Assembly (NCBI RefSeq): GCF_036321535.1
Contig: NC_087444.1
Coordinates: 73,222,001-73,286,000, forward strand
Direction of reading: 5' to 3'
Length of the DNA: 64,000 nt
Source of the DNA: Camelus dromedarius
Lineage: Eukaryota
This document shows positions 27,475 to 40,580 of the stretch, piece by piece. The position numbers and the translations under genes are program-made. Positions within the stretch are counted from its first letter, which is position 1. Every line of letters starts with the position of its first letter. The notes beneath the pieces are model-generated. The model saw only the letters and a program-made list of their open reading frames with translations. It did no database searches and was not told the origin of the DNA.

Positions 27475-29059
27475 CTGGGAAGGTGAAGGGCTCAGTGTGA
27501 CCTATTCACTGGCCCACCGGCCCCAGTGAGCTCAGACTCCGTGATGATGGGGCCCCCAAGAAGGCCCTAGGCCCCTGTCCCCCTTGCCTGCCTGCAGCCA
27601 CTGCCCCAGCACAGGCCTCGTCCTTCAGGCTTCGCTGCTCCCTGGCTGTGTGTCCTTAATCTCTCCGTGCCTCACCCTCCCTTATCTGCAGGATGGGCAC
27701 AATCCTACCAAGGGAACAATGCTATACCACGATGGACCATGCTTGGCCCAGGACCAGACTCCAGCAGATGCGCCCGGTGCCCTGCCTGCATCCCTAGGGT
27801 CTTACCATCTCTGTGGGACCCAGACAGCTTTTCTGGATCCTTGGAAGTCCAGAAGTGGCAGGGAATCAAGGCCCTGGGAGGGGCCCTCAGCTAGTGACTT
27901 ATGGAGTCGGGGTAACAACACCCCGGCTCTTCGCGCCTGCGTGGACAACGCTGAGGCCAAAAGCCTCTTCACCCACTGAGCTCCAGATGCTCACAGCTGC
28001 CTCTCCATCCCGGAGTCCCTCCCTGTCTGTGCTCTCTGCACTTCCCAAAGAGACGGCTCACACTTGAATTCTTGTTTCAGAGCTTCAGGGCCTGCTTCTA
28101 GAAGACGCCAAACCAAGCTACTGACACACGGTGAGGAACGCACTAAGAGGCGGCTGTCATCATTTTCATCATCTCTCACCTTCTCCCTGGTCTCCCGGAC
28201 CCCAGTGGCTCCTGCACAAGGCCCCCGAGCCACCTTCTGCCAGCCGCGGCAGGCCCCAGCCCTCCCCTCCTCCCACCGCACTCCAGGATGAATTCACTTG
28301 CTAGCCACCCTGTCCCCTCCGACCTCTCCCCACCGAACCCTGTGATCTTCCCACACGACAGTCCCCTTTATTCCCCAGTATCGCTCAGCTGCTGTTGTTC
28401 CCAAACACTCCAGGCCATGTCACACCTCTGCGTCTTCACACCCGCTGTTCAGTGGCCTTCTGAGACAAGGGTCAGATGTCACTGCCTCTAAAAGGAATTC
28501 CCTGACACCGCCCCCTCCCAGGGCCAAGCTCAGTGTCGGCCCTGAGCTGCCGGCAGGGCCTGAGCCGCTCCGCTATCCCGTTATGACCACCTCTCCCGCA
28601 GTGGCCCTGCCAGCTTGCAGCCCTCCCAGGGCTCCCAGCTCCCCCAGGACAAGACCCAGGCGCAGCCCCGCACGCCAGGCCCCTTGGGAGCTGGTGCCTG
28701 CTGCCCTCTCTGCCTCGTGTCTCCCACACACTACCCACAAACGCTCCCTACTCCTCAAATCGCGCTTGATTCTCCAGAACACTGAGGTGATGGGGTTCCG
28801 CGACGTGCCGCGCTGTTCCCTCCCTGAGGCCTCTGCACAGTGCACCCCGAGGCATTTGCACGTGTCCTTCTCGGCTGCAACACTTCCCAGCTGCCCTTTC
28901 TTAATGCAGCCAACCCTAAGCCATCTTCCACGACTCAGCCCCAACATCACCTCCTGCGGGCTGGCTCAACCCTGAGCTCCGCCCGCGCCTGGTATTACCA
29001 CTATTACTTCTCACACCAGCCCCACCCCATGGAAATACAGGGCGAGCCACCTACGTCGT

Positions 29060-29410
29060 CTTAAACTTCCTAGTAGCTACATTGAGAAAAAGGGAAAAAA
29101 CCAAGTGAGCTTAGTTTTCATAATACAGTTTCCCCAACCCAATATATCCAAAATATTATGACTCCAACATGTTTTGAACATTAAAAGAAGTTATTAACAT
29201 TCTTTTTTTATGCTAAGTATTCAAAATCTGATGCACTTACAAGGACATCTCAACTAGGGGCTCAATTTTCATCAGAATTACTCCATCTGCATTTAGAGTT
29301 CATAGAATTTACCATGAAAAGGGAGATTCACTTATCCAAGTTGTTTCAAATGTACTTGGAAGTCTCTAATAACAGAATCCAGCATTGCTTTCAAATTTAA
29401 ATGAGACAGC
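29060..29410 (+). mobile_element. hAT-Charlie (MER33-like) DNA transposon relic
   Basis: aacccaatatatccaaaatattat ... acatctcaact, recognised from memory; approximate ends. Confidence 0.6.
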
Positions 29411-30116
29411 ATTACAAATTCAGTTCCTCAGTCACACCCAACACGGTTCAGGGGCTCAGCGGGCCACATCACCCTGCATCACCTGGGGGTCGCTCTGAGC
29501 CTCTACAAAATCTCCCCGAGCTCCCTGGGCACAGAGACACCCCTCCTCAGGCTGGCTTTCACAGACCTTCTCCAGTCTCACGGCTGGCTGTCCCCAACCC
29601 TGTGCTCTGAGGACCAGCACACCAACCCACTTGCAGCCCCGAAGGGCTTTCTCAACTCGCACTCCCCCTGCCTGGAACTCTTCCCTTCTCGGTCCCTGTT
29701 TTTGTCCTTCAGGGCTCAGCTGGGCTAAGCTCTCTTCTAGAAGTCCCCCTCGAGTCATGACCCCTCCCCTGTGCTCCCACAGTGAATTCCATCACCGCAC
29801 ATAATCACAATTAAAACAACAGACATTTACAGAACCCTCACTATGGGCCAAGCCCAGTGCCAAGCACTTCACACGTGTTCACTTTTAATCCTCCCCGCAC
29901 TTCTATGTGGTAGGTGCTGTAATTATCATCTGTTTTACAGATAAAGCTCAGAGAAGGTAAGTCCTTTGCCCCAGGTCACACCGCCAGTGGATGGTGGAGC
30001 CGTGCTCTTTACCACAACACTAAGCTCAGAGCTGTCGTGAGGGTGGCCGGATGACACAGAAACCCAAGGGCGGACAAAGTCAGGCAACTGAAGGGGCAGG
30101 GCTGGGAGGTCATTAC

Positions 30117-30249
30117 CTGTGCGACGCTTTGGGATCGCCGGGATCGCCGGCGGGGAGAGGACTGCTGGAGAGGTGTTGGAGAGGGAAGGGCTCTTGGGAA
30201 GTGTGACAGGATGGGGAGGGGAGTTCTGTGGAGAGTCTGGTGCAGGCTT
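30117..30249 (-). CDS. LIG1: LIG1 exon 5
   Basis: KPAPDSPQNSPPHPVTLPKSPSLSNTSPAVLSPPAIPAIPKRRT; 133 nt. Confidence 0.9.
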
Positions 30250-30510
30250 CTGGAAGGGGTGAGAAAGAGCAATTCTTGAGTGAGGGGACGAAGGAGGGAG
30301 CACTCAGCTAAGTCATCTTCCAAACACTTGAGACTACAGAGGGACTCAGCCCCAGTTCAGGCCTCATCCCCTCTTACCTGCGCCATCACTCTACCCACCT
30401 GCACAGTGTCATAGTCCCAGATGTCCCTATCATGGACCCCAACAACAATTCTTTTTCTAAAGTAACAGAATCTTTGATTTTTAGCTAGGCATGATATGGC
30501 CCAACTAAAA

Positions 30511-30610
30511 ACTACATTTCCCAGGGTGCCTTGCAGCTGGGTGTGGTCAGAAGCCTGAGGACTACACTTCCCAGGGTGCCTTGCAGGTAGGTGTGGCCAG
30601 GAGCCCTAGG
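30511..30610. repeat. 50-bp tandem duplication inside an ERVL/MaLR-type LTR relic
   Basis: ACTACATTTCCCAGGGTGCCTTGCAGCTGGGTGTGG... at 30511 and ACTACACTTCCCAGGGTGCCTTGCAGGTAGGTGTGG... at 30561. Confidence 0.85.
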
Positions 30611-30942
30611 TCTACATGATGCAATGTAAGGGGAGATAATGTACACTTCCCTTGGTTCAAATAACATTCAGTTAAGGGCAAGTGGGGTGCCCAGGTCTTC
30701 CCACTGGTTGAATGTGGGCATTCACTTGGACAAGGAAGTCTAGGGACGACAAGCAACAGTATAGAAGCAGCCTGGCTGATCCTGGCCGAGGCGGAGTTAG
30801 GAGCGTGTGGACCACGCACAACCCCTCAGCTCTTCCACCTTCTGGAGCGCTATCTCCAGTTCTCCTGAGCAGCTGCTGCCCTCAGTTCCAAAGCCCAGTG
30901 GGAATGACGGTTTCTTCTGATAAAAATGGGCAGGCTGCTTAC

Positions 30943-31078
30943 CTGGCCTTTGAGGGGCGAGGGGGCTTCCTCCTCCTCCTCCCCCTCGCTGCCCAGGACC
31001 CGGGCCACCTTCCTCCCCGGCCTCTTCACTGGAGAGTCGCCCTCAGGCACCATTCTATTCCGCTCTTTCAGAGCCGCC
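30943..31078 (-). CDS. LIG1: LIG1 exon 4
   Basis: [45 protein letters not shown]; 136 nt; CDK/CK2-type serines. Confidence 0.94.
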
Positions 31079-33362
31079 CTGGAAGGCGAGAAAAATGGAT
31101 TTTTTCCGGCAGGCAGAGTGGGGACCCTGCCCAGAACACTCCAGCCTCTTCGTTACGTTTCATTCCCCTCCTTGCCTTTCAAGCATTCAACGAACATTTT
31201 CCAGGGGCCTCCTCAGCATACACTTAGTCATCCATCCCTCCCACATCTCTGGAGGTCTCCCCTGTGCCCACGCTGTGGTGGGCAATGCTGAGAAGGTGAT
31301 GTCCTTACTTAGGGCAGAGACTGTCCTCCGACATCCACCTAGTGACCTGCTTTCTTTCACTTGGTCATATAATCCCCTTGAGTTTTAGCTAGGTCCATGG
31401 CCACTCAGCTAGGGACTACAATTCCCAGCCACTCCTGCAGTTAGGTACGGACACGTGATGAGTTCAGACCAACAGGATGTAAGCGTTCCGACTGAGGCAT
31501 GCCACCTGTTCCTGACTGCCTGTCCTCACTGCTGTCTGACCCCTGGTACTCTGACTTGCTTGGATGATGCAGATAAGAGCATGAGAGGAGGAAAGTCGGG
31601 GGAGGCTGCCAGTGACACAGGCCACCGTCAAAATAAAGTGTGACGTGCACGCTGGTAGAGGTCTCTTAAGGGGCTGAGAATACAGCTGATTCCTACTGCT
31701 TTCTGCACTCAGAGCTCGCGGTCTGGACAGAGACCAAGGTGTACACAGACCACTCCTTACAGGTCAATGATGGCACAAGCATGTTACAGAATATCATCAA
31801 AAAGAATAAAGTGGGTTTATAGGAAGCACTTGGCTCTGAGATGTTTTCTGTGGGGAAAGCAAGCAGGCTGTCAAATCTCCGAGAGGAGTGGCTGTTGATT
31901 TTACTGCTAACCCCACAGGGTCTAGAACAGTACCGGGCACACAGGAGATACTCAGTAGTTATTTGTTGAAAAAATGAATCTGTACAGTAGGACTCCATGA
32001 ACATAAAAAGTGCATGAATGTTTGCCAGCATATACCTGCAACTTGCATACACAACAATCCTGCTTTTCTTATTTAAAAATAAATTAAAGGTGTATATTAT
32101 TATCTGTTAGATGACAGGCCTGTACCAGCTCCTTGAGATATAACAGTGATCAAAATAAGAGTCCCTGCTATCCAATATACAAATGTGGGACAAATATTTA
32201 CTGAGCACCTACTATGTTGATAACTCTGTTAGGTGCATGTATGTTTAAATGCATATAAAAAGGGTATGGAAAGATATGACTCAAATTGGCAATAGCAGTT
32301 CCTCTGGGGAGTGAATTCTGAAAGGACTTCAAAGTTTTTACTTTACCCACTTCTCTGAGTTGACGAATGAAAAATTACCATGTGTGCGTCCGCCTAGGGG
32401 TATCTGTGCTTGGAAAAACTATCTGCATGTGGGCCCAAGGAATCACACATTAGACTATTTACTGCAGAGTGGATTGTTTCAGCCCAAAATTGGAAACAAC
32501 CTAAATATCCATCAGTAGGGGAATGCTAAATAATTTCTGCAGTACACCCATAAAATGGAACACAAAGCAGAAAGTGAAAGGGATCAGATGGCCCTCTGTG
32601 CTCACGAGTGGGAAAAAAAATCTCTAAGTCATACTGTTGCTGAAGAAAGCAAGTCGAGAAACAACATACACGTATGATCTCTATTTTTCAAGAAACTAAA
32701 ATATTCCACAGAAAATAAAATAACCAAAGCGTGTATAGATAGCAATGTAAATGCAAAAGGAGCCGATAGAAAAATCAAGAGTATTGAGAAATTATGACGT
32801 GATTCTTAGCGCTTACTGAGCGTCTTTGGTGAAGCAGGCACTGTTCTCTAAGTTGTTAGTGTGTTAATGCGTCAAATCCACACAGAAAGCCTGATAGAGA
32901 TCGTGATACTCTGTTACCCATGAGGAAGCTGGGGCCCGGAAGTGAAGGTACTTGCCCAGGGCCCCAGACTGGGGATGTGAGCGGAATCTACCTTGAGTGC
33001 ACGGTCTGGAAAGCTGACTGGTCCAGGGACAGGGTCTTCCTGAGAACCTGTGACAAAGATGCTGGAGGAGAGAACATTGTTCTCTTCCACTTGGACGCAG
33101 CCAATGGCAGGTTCTCTGCTTCATGGGGAAAGTCTGCTCCAGAATGAAGTCAAGACACCAGGACAGAGCCCTGAAGACAACTCTGAGGCCCTGGATCCAG
33201 CTGTGCCTGAAGCTGAACCCACCTTTGACCTTCCAAGTTACTGGAGTCAAAAATTTCCCTGTGGGGCCCCGATACATCCCTAGTTGGGATTATAACTCTT
33301 GCAGGCAAGAGAGTCCTGACTGATAAAGGAACAGACTCCCCACACCCAGGCCCAGAACGTAC

Positions 33363-33449
33363 TTTGGAGGGGACTCTGTTTCTCTGGTGCTGTTGGATGT
33401 CTCCTCTGGCTTCTTCACTTTGCCTTCTTTCTTGGGCTGGAAAAATGAC
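33363..33449 (-). CDS. LIG1: LIG1 exon 3
   Basis: (M)[28 protein letters not shown](K); 87 nt. Confidence 0.94.
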
Positions 33450-34590
33450 CTGGAGGAGCAGAAAAGGGGGCAAAAACAGGAATTATAACAGTACCAATAA
33501 CCTCTCCCACAGGTGCCACATTCTACAGATTTCCACGCCCACAGAAACACAAGAAACATCCCAGCAGGCAACACAAGATTTCAAAGAACCCCCTTCTACC
33601 GATAGGGAAACTGAGGCTCAGATAGAGAGGCAACATTCCACTTATTTGTCTTTCCCAACTCACCTGCCACCTGAGAGATGACACACCCCAGTGTCCACTC
33701 CACAAGTATTAGCTATGCACTCACTACGTGCCAGGGCCTGTCCCGGGAACCGAGGGGCCCGGCAGCGACCCAGACACATAAAGCCCCTGCCCTCGAGGGG
33801 CCGACACTGGTGGGGGAGGCAAATATTAAGCAAGTAGCTAAATATAAAATGTCCGGAGGTGCTAAGTGTTCTGGAAAAGACAGGTATCTTTACAGCTTCT
33901 CTGTGCATCTGAAATAACTCCAACATTAAGAGTTTACTTTCTCTTTAAAAAATCAGATATAATCCAGCAAGGTGACAGAAAGCAATCAAAAGTGCTATCA
34001 CCCCAGGAGAGACTGTCCCCAGATTTCTCATCACCTGAGAAAAACGCAGCCTGGGATCTGTGTGAGCCACCAGCTCCCAGGTCTCTGGGGTGACGTCCTC
34101 GTCCGGATCTGTCTAGGACCCATTCCCTCCTGGGAACAGCCCTCCACGTTCCTCTTGGGACACGCCTTCCCCTAAATTCTCTCAGTCCCTGTGGTCTGCT
34201 TGAGGCTGCCCTCTCCCCCACAACCAGGCCGGGCACATGCCCCAGGCCTGGCCAGTCAAGGCACTGCATCCCCGGGGGTCAGTGGCTGGTTCAGGGACTG
34301 GCATGCAGTCTGAGAGGGGCCAACAAAACTTGACTCTAGATCTTGTTGGGACAGTAGGGAGAGAGACCACCTCTTTCCACTAGGACTGCTGACCCTACGC
34401 TGCCACAAGCTCAGGGAAGGGGGCCCAACAGAGCGATACAACATCGAAGAAAGCGGAGCCGAACGATGGAGAAAGATTCCCAGGGACAAAGTTGGGACAA
34501 CTGGATCTGCCCCCTAACTCCAGGTTTCCCCTAACTCCAGGAGCTGAGGGATTCCTTTTCTGTTTTTCCTGAAGCCAGCTTGGGTTAGTG

Positions 34591-34782
34591 CAGGGTTTCC
34601 CACCCAGGGCATCTCCAGCCAGACAGTTCTTTGCTGATGGGGCTCTCCTGTGCTTTGCAGGATGCTGAGCAGCCCGCCTGGCCTTTACCCACCAGAGGCT
34701 AATGAAGAACCCCTCCTCCCCAAGTTGTGACAACCCAAAACATTCCCTGGGGGGCAAAACTGCCCCTGACTGAGAAACACTG
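34591..34782 (-). mobile_element. MER20 (hAT-Charlie) non-autonomous element
   Basis: TIR-like ends CAGGGTTTC / GAGAAACACTG; internal ttgtgacaacc and ggggcaaaa. Confidence 0.75.
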
Positions 34783-34994
34783 AGTTAGCATTTCTGAACG
34801 TAGCGACTAAAAATTTCAGTCACTATCCTACCCCACTCCCCATTTTCCATTCTGCTCAACTCCTGGAAATTCCTCTGTGGAGACTAACCCGAGATCTTCT
34901 AAGAAAAGGCACCGGGCTAGAGAGAGGTGCAGGGAGCTGGAGAGCAGGGCTGGTGGCGGGTGGGGTGGCGGTGGGATGCGGGTGGGATGCTTAC

Positions 34995-35011
34995 ATGATA
35001 CTTCGCTGCAT
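34995..35011 (-). CDS. LIG1: LIG1 exon 2, coding part (start codon); whole exon 34995-35071
   Basis: GCCGCCATCATG CAG CGA AGT ATC AT|gtaagc, acceptor ctgtttcag at 35073-35072. With exon 3 gives the PCNA PIP box MQRSIMSFF. Confidence 0.94.
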
Positions 35012-35137
35012 GATGGCGGCTTCCGAATTCTTCCCTCCCCTCTCCTCCTCCACTCCTCCGCTCCGCTCCTCCTGAAACAGACATCCAAACACTTGGTGAG
35101 GATATTGATTGTGCGGAGATCAAAACACACACACCTC

Positions 35138-35661
35138 TGATGGGAGAAACTTCCACATTGCAAGGTGTGGGGCCATCGCTCTGGGGTACACTTGATTTGG
35201 TTTGAACTTCATGCTAACTGGAACAGCCTGCCTCATGGCCTGTCAAACGGACATTGTACATCTGCTTTAACCAATTAAAGGGTAGTAAGAATGCATTTAC
35301 CAGGAGTAAAACACGTCCACTCTGAAGACAGAGGTAAACACCCCCCTTCCTACTACACCAGGCAGGTAGCCCTCCAGAGACAAGGCCCGTTCCCACGGCC
35401 AAGGCCATGCTGACTCGCTGTGCACACGCTCATCTTTTTTTTTTTCTTTTTGAAACCTTGAAGGAATGTACCCCTGGTCGTGTCTACTGTATGTTCTTTG
35501 TTCTAACAAGATGTAAACCTGTGCTGAAAACCAGGCTTCCCCGGAGCGGTTCCCCGGAGCTATCAGAGAGGCTGTCTTGCCGGCTAGCGTTCTCAGTCTG
35601 GCTCGAAGAATACTCTTTTCTATTCCTAGTGTAGATCATCTGTTGACTATTTGTGTCAACA
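35138..35661 (+). mobile_element. Solo ERV1-class LTR in LIG1 intron 1 (antisense to LIG1)
   Basis: TG...CA termini (TGATGGGAG...GTGTCAACA), 524 bp, 4-bp TSD CCTC at 35134-35137 and 35662-35665; R/U5-like CGGTTCCCCGGAGCTATCAGAGAGGCTGTC. Confidence 0.8.
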
Positions 35662-36987
35662 CCTCCTTTCAGAAGGAAAAAAGCCCACAAAATCAGAAAC
35701 GTGAGTTCCCCTGTCAGGAAGAAACTCCTGTTTTTATGGACCAAAATGACATGCTGGTGAGATTTGTTAGTGACGTGAAAGTTACAAGTCAGAGAACAAG
35801 ACAAGAAGCCTCCTCTTCCACACGGACCGACAAAAGGTGCTTGTAAGAGCCGCTCACTTTCCTGACCTCTCCATGGTGGTTATTCAGTACTTTTCTTGTC
35901 TCATACAGGGCATCAACCCCGTGTTCCCCGGACTGCGTTCAGAGTTTATCTTCCCAATCAGATGTGGGCTCTGGGGCCGGGGGGCTGTGCCTGGTTCACT
36001 CCTACCTCCTCCAAAACTTATTTCCCAACCTTCAGACATTCCTCGCAGCACCTCTGCAATTTCTACCATGCCAACATAAAACCTTTTTTTTCTACTTAAT
36101 TACTTTTTCTGTGAAAGAGTCATCTTTTTACTAACTGGGGTGCTTACCAAGCAGCAGGCAGTATTCCAAGTCTTTATATGAATTAATTCATGCAAAACCT
36201 ACTACAATTCACTATCGTCCTGATTTTACAAATGAGGCCACAGAAGCACAGAGAGGTAGAGTAATTTGCTTGAGGTCACACAGCCTAATGAGTTGCCAGG
36301 ATCTGAAGCCAACTGTCTGGCTCCAGAGTCTGTGTCCTTAACCACCACCATTTTGAGGATGAGGAAGGTAGGAGCCCTTCTGGACTGGGATCAAGGAAGG
36401 TGGAGGCAGCCCCTAGACCTTGGGGCCGTTGAGGTAACAGCAACCGTGTAACAACGATAACGTCACCCTGAACCCCCAACCAAGCATCCTCAATTGTCAT
36501 CCCCATTTCCCCAGTGAGAAAACTGAGGCACAGAAAGGCTGAATCACTTGCCCTGAATCATAGAGCTTGTAAGTGGCAAACGGAGGTTTTAAATTCAGAC
36601 AGCCTGGCTCCAGACCCAAGGTGCCCTGCACTCCCAGTCTTGTCACTCCTGCAGACAGAAGAGCATCGCTCATCACAAACAGGAGACAGCCGCAAGAATA
36701 AAGAAAAAAGAACAAAACCAGATGATTAGGTTCTAGTTAAACAGCGTTGGCTGCCGGAGGCTCTGAGCCCAGGCCTAATTAGCCAAGTGCTGGAGAGGGG
36801 TGTGAAAGTCCGGGCACCAAACCAAGCCTTTCTCTTAAAGACAACCTGAAAGAGACTATGAAGTGATTCACTTTCTTATTACACCTGCCTTAGGGTTATT
36901 TAATATCCTACCTACACACCACCTTGTTTTCTTAGGCAATTTTGTTAATTTTTTTATTTGTGAAACACATATCAGAAAATGCCTCTA

Positions 36988-37112
36988 GGGTGGGGGTAGA
37001 GCTCAGTGGTACAGTGCATGCTTGGCGTGCACGAGGTCCTGGGTTTAATCCCCAGTGCCTCCGTTAAGGGGGAAAATTTTTTTTAAAAATTAAAATAAAT
37101 TTAAGAAAAAAG
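36988..37112 (+). mobile_element. tRNA-Ala-derived SINE
   Basis: GGGTGGGGGTAGAGCTCAGTGGTACAG...GGGTTTAATCCCCAGTGCCTCC plus an A-rich tail. Confidence 0.85.
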
Positions 37113-39131
37113 AAGGAAACTGCCTTTATTGCTTAAAGCAGCATGCTGAAATAAACAAAGACAAAATGTCATGTCTGTAAACTACTTAAAATATTTCAGC
37201 AAATGCCTAAAGTTTGCTTTAAAATAATTCAGGTTTTTTTTTTTTTTGAGGGGGAATTAAGGAGAATACAGATGAAGTAAGAATAAATATATTTTGGTAA
37301 TTCCTGGAGCTGGGTAATGGGTACATACAGATTCATTAGACTACTCTCTTCACTTCTGTGGATGTTTGAAAATTCTACAATAAACAATTTTTTTTCTGAA
37401 AATAACATGGTGTAAACACAGCAAAATGTTAACAACTGTAATATCAAAGTGATAGCACATTGTTATCCTAGTTGCTCTATAAGTTTTCCTGTAAGTTTGA
37501 AAAGGTTTATGAGTCAAACAAGAAAAAGTAACCTAAAATTGGGACCAAAAATAGAATTTGCATATACAACTCAAAGCTCAGAATTCATTAAAGTCAAAAG
37601 GGAGTGAATAACCCAGCTCCTCTTCCCCTCAAAACACTCAAGTATTATTAGGAGTCCCTCACTGTAGAAAGTTCTCACCTACCTAGTGCATGAATTCTTT
37701 GTAAATGTTGGCATCTTTTCTTCCCAGTTAGGGGGCCCCTGGATTCATTCCCACAACAAGGAAGAACAGAGCCTCACACAGAATTCACTGCACGTCTCCC
37801 AAGACTTTTGGTCTCTGGGGACAAACAGGAAAGGAAACCCAGTCCCTGGCTTGAAAAAGCTCTAGGGCCCCAATCTTGAAGATGTGCCAGGTCATCTCCA
37901 ACAAAGGACAGACACAAAGACGGGAGTACACAAAGGAAGGAATGAGCAAATACACCAATTAACAAACTCCACTAAAACCCAGTCTCTTCATTCAAAGCTC
38001 AGGGCCCTGGCATTAAATACCATTTATTTGCTGATTTCTATCTCAGTTTCAAACGTCCTGTTCTCCAACCCCCACCCCTAAGTCTCCAGCCAGTTTCCTC
38101 TAGGAACCCAACTCCAAAAGTGTCCCCGCCCTTCCCTCAGTCTACAGCCCCAGTGGTTTGTCCCCACTCTTTTCACCGTCCCTGCTCCATCGCGTCCTCC
38201 CTCCCTCCGTTCACTGGGCTGGATTCTGGTGCACCGTTATCACCCATCATCGCTCACCTGCTCTCGCCTCCCTCCCTTCGTCTCCCACTGGGCAAAACCC
38301 CACTGCTGCCAATTCAACCCAACCCTCCAGCTACCCCGGACCGGCACCCGGAGAGCTGAGAGGCACTGGTCTCTGGGGTTCCTTTGGGCTGCGGTACAAG
38401 CCTCTCCATTTCCCCAGACCACGCAAGTCTCTCGCTCTCCCAGACTGGGTTTCACTCACCTTCACTTGGCTGAGGACAGGGAAGCAGTCGCGAGAAAGAC
38501 GAGCTCCCGCAGCTTTATCTGCCTGTGGTGCCACTGCGCCTGCGCTCACCTGCGGCCTCCCAGCTGCGGGTACCACCACCCACCCACCTGTGCTCTCATC
38601 CAAGGCTAGACCCTCGACCTGCGCACCTGCACACCAGAGCTCGTGCCCCCTCCACCTCCTCAAGCCCCATGCTGTGTTATCACCTGCATCTTCAACTTCT
38701 CTACTTGATCATCCTTTTCAGTTAACAAATCTGCAGTGGTTCCTCCCATCTTAAAAGCAAAATCCAAAAAACCCCAAAAACCTTCTCTTGACCCCCATGC
38801 TCCTGCAACTATTGTCCCTCTTCTCTGCTCCCCTTTTCAGAGTCCTAGAAAGAACTGTCCCAAGGAACCGTCTCCAGTCTCTCTCCTCCCATCGCCACGA
38901 GAGCCTTCAAGTTCAAGTTTTCCCCCATCACTCAGCTGACCCAGCTCATCAAGGTCATTGGGAGCCTGGGGGCTGCTAAATCCAGAAGTGGTTTCTCGCT
39001 CCTCATATCGGCCTGTCAGCAGCATTAGAAACAACTGACTCCTTGCTCCACTGAAATTCTTCCTTCAAACCACACCCTCAGCTCAGCGTCCACTATTTCC
39101 TGGATTCCTGTGACGGTTCTTCCTCGGTAAT

Positions 39132-39600
39132 TGTGGTGAGCAGATACGGGCCCCCAAAGATGTCCACAGGCAAATCCTACACCTGTGGGTATGTTACCTT
39201 ACACGGTGGGAGATTCTGCAGATGCGATGAAGTTAAGGGTTTTGAGATGGGGAGGGTATTTCGGATTATTCAGGTGAGCCCAAAGTAATCACCTATCAGT
39301 GATGATAACTGATTCTTATAAGTAGAAGGAGGGGGTTAGAATCAGAGATTTGAAGATGCTATGATGCTGGCTTTGAAGATGGAGGAAGGGGCCATCAGCC
39401 AAGGAATGCAGGGGGCCTCTAACAGCTGGAAAAAGCAAGCAAATAATTTTTCCTGAAAGGCCCCAGAAGGAAAGCCCCCAGAAGGTATGCAGCCTTGCCA
39501 ACACCTCGATTTTAGTGAAACCAATTTTAGACTTCTGTAAGACAATAAAACATGTACTGCTAAAGCCCCTCAGTTTGTGGTAATTTGTTACAGCAGCAAC
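39132..39600 (+). mobile_element. MLT1D-like MaLR solo LTR
   Basis: cccccaaagatgtccac, gctggctttgaagatggagg, agccaaggaatgcag, tttgtggtaatttgttacagcagcaa. Confidence 0.85.
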
Positions 39601-39949
39601 TTACTTTCTGTTGCGGTGCCCAAGGCCCAATCCCTGGGTCTCCTCTGTCCTATTTACACCTACTGCCTTGGAAATCTTACCCCGTTTGATGGCTTAAACA
39701 TACTCTGTGATGGTGACCCCAAAATGTCTAACGCTGGCTGTGACTTCCCCCCTAAACTCAAGGACTCATTATTTCTAGTTTTCTATGCTAATTATCTCTC
39801 TCCAGATGTCTCAACATCTCAAACTCAATGAACCAAATCCAAACTCTTAGACACACATACATTTATTCCTCCTCCAATGTTCCCCATCTCAGCCTTGGTA
39901 GCTATTTTCACCCAGATGCGCAGGTCAAAAACCTCAGAGCCTACTACCT

Positions 39950-40580
39950 ACCTATTATTTAACTACCAAACAAGTGACAATACCAAGTGCTGGGGAGGAC
40001 ATGGAGCAACTGGAACTGTCACACATTTCTGGTGGGAATGTAAAATGGTCCAGCCCACTGCAAAGCCCAACGGAAAGCTTGGCAGTTTCTCAAACAGCTA
40101 AGCACACATTTAGCATATTGACCTGGCAAGCCCATTCCTAGGTATTTACCCAGTGAAATCCTATGTTCACACAAAAACCAGTAAGCAAATGTTTACAGCA
40201 GCAGGTCTATGTATAATCACCAAAAACTGTATAAAAAAAAAGGCTTTCAATGGGTGAATGGATGAACAAACTGGCACATCATACGGTGCCTTTAATTGTT
40301 GGATAGTAGTCCATTGTAGAATGTTCTCAACTTTGTTTACGCTTACTTGGCCATAAAAAGGAACGCTCTAGTGACACTCTACAGGGGTGGGGTGGGATCC
40401 ACGGCTGCCAGGGGGAAGAGCAGATTACATAGAAGGAGCACCAGGCATCATTTTTAGGGGTGATGGAACTGTTCTCTGCCGTGATTGTGGTGATCACATA
40501 CCTCATGTTTCAAAATTTACAAAGCTATATACCAAAAAGAGTAAATTTTACTATCTGTAATTTTTTTTTTAATATTTAAA
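39950..40580 (+). mobile_element. Old L1M 3' fragment
   Basis: gacaataccaagtgctggggaggacatggagcaactggaac ... cccattcctaggtatttaccc. Confidence 0.75.

Noticed and set aside
34511-34541. CCCCTAACTCCAGG direct repeat (17-bp period); also (GAGGGT)n at about 22361-22386 and a (CA)n run at about 55096-55118
   Set aside because: Ordinary slippage repeats in introns with no sign of function.
36988-37065. tRNA-Ala-like sequences (also at 3860-3933, 15075-15144, 26270-26345, 44710-44783, 51925-51997)
   Set aside because: Mismatched stems, A-rich tails and in some cases TSDs mark them as SINEs, not tRNA genes.
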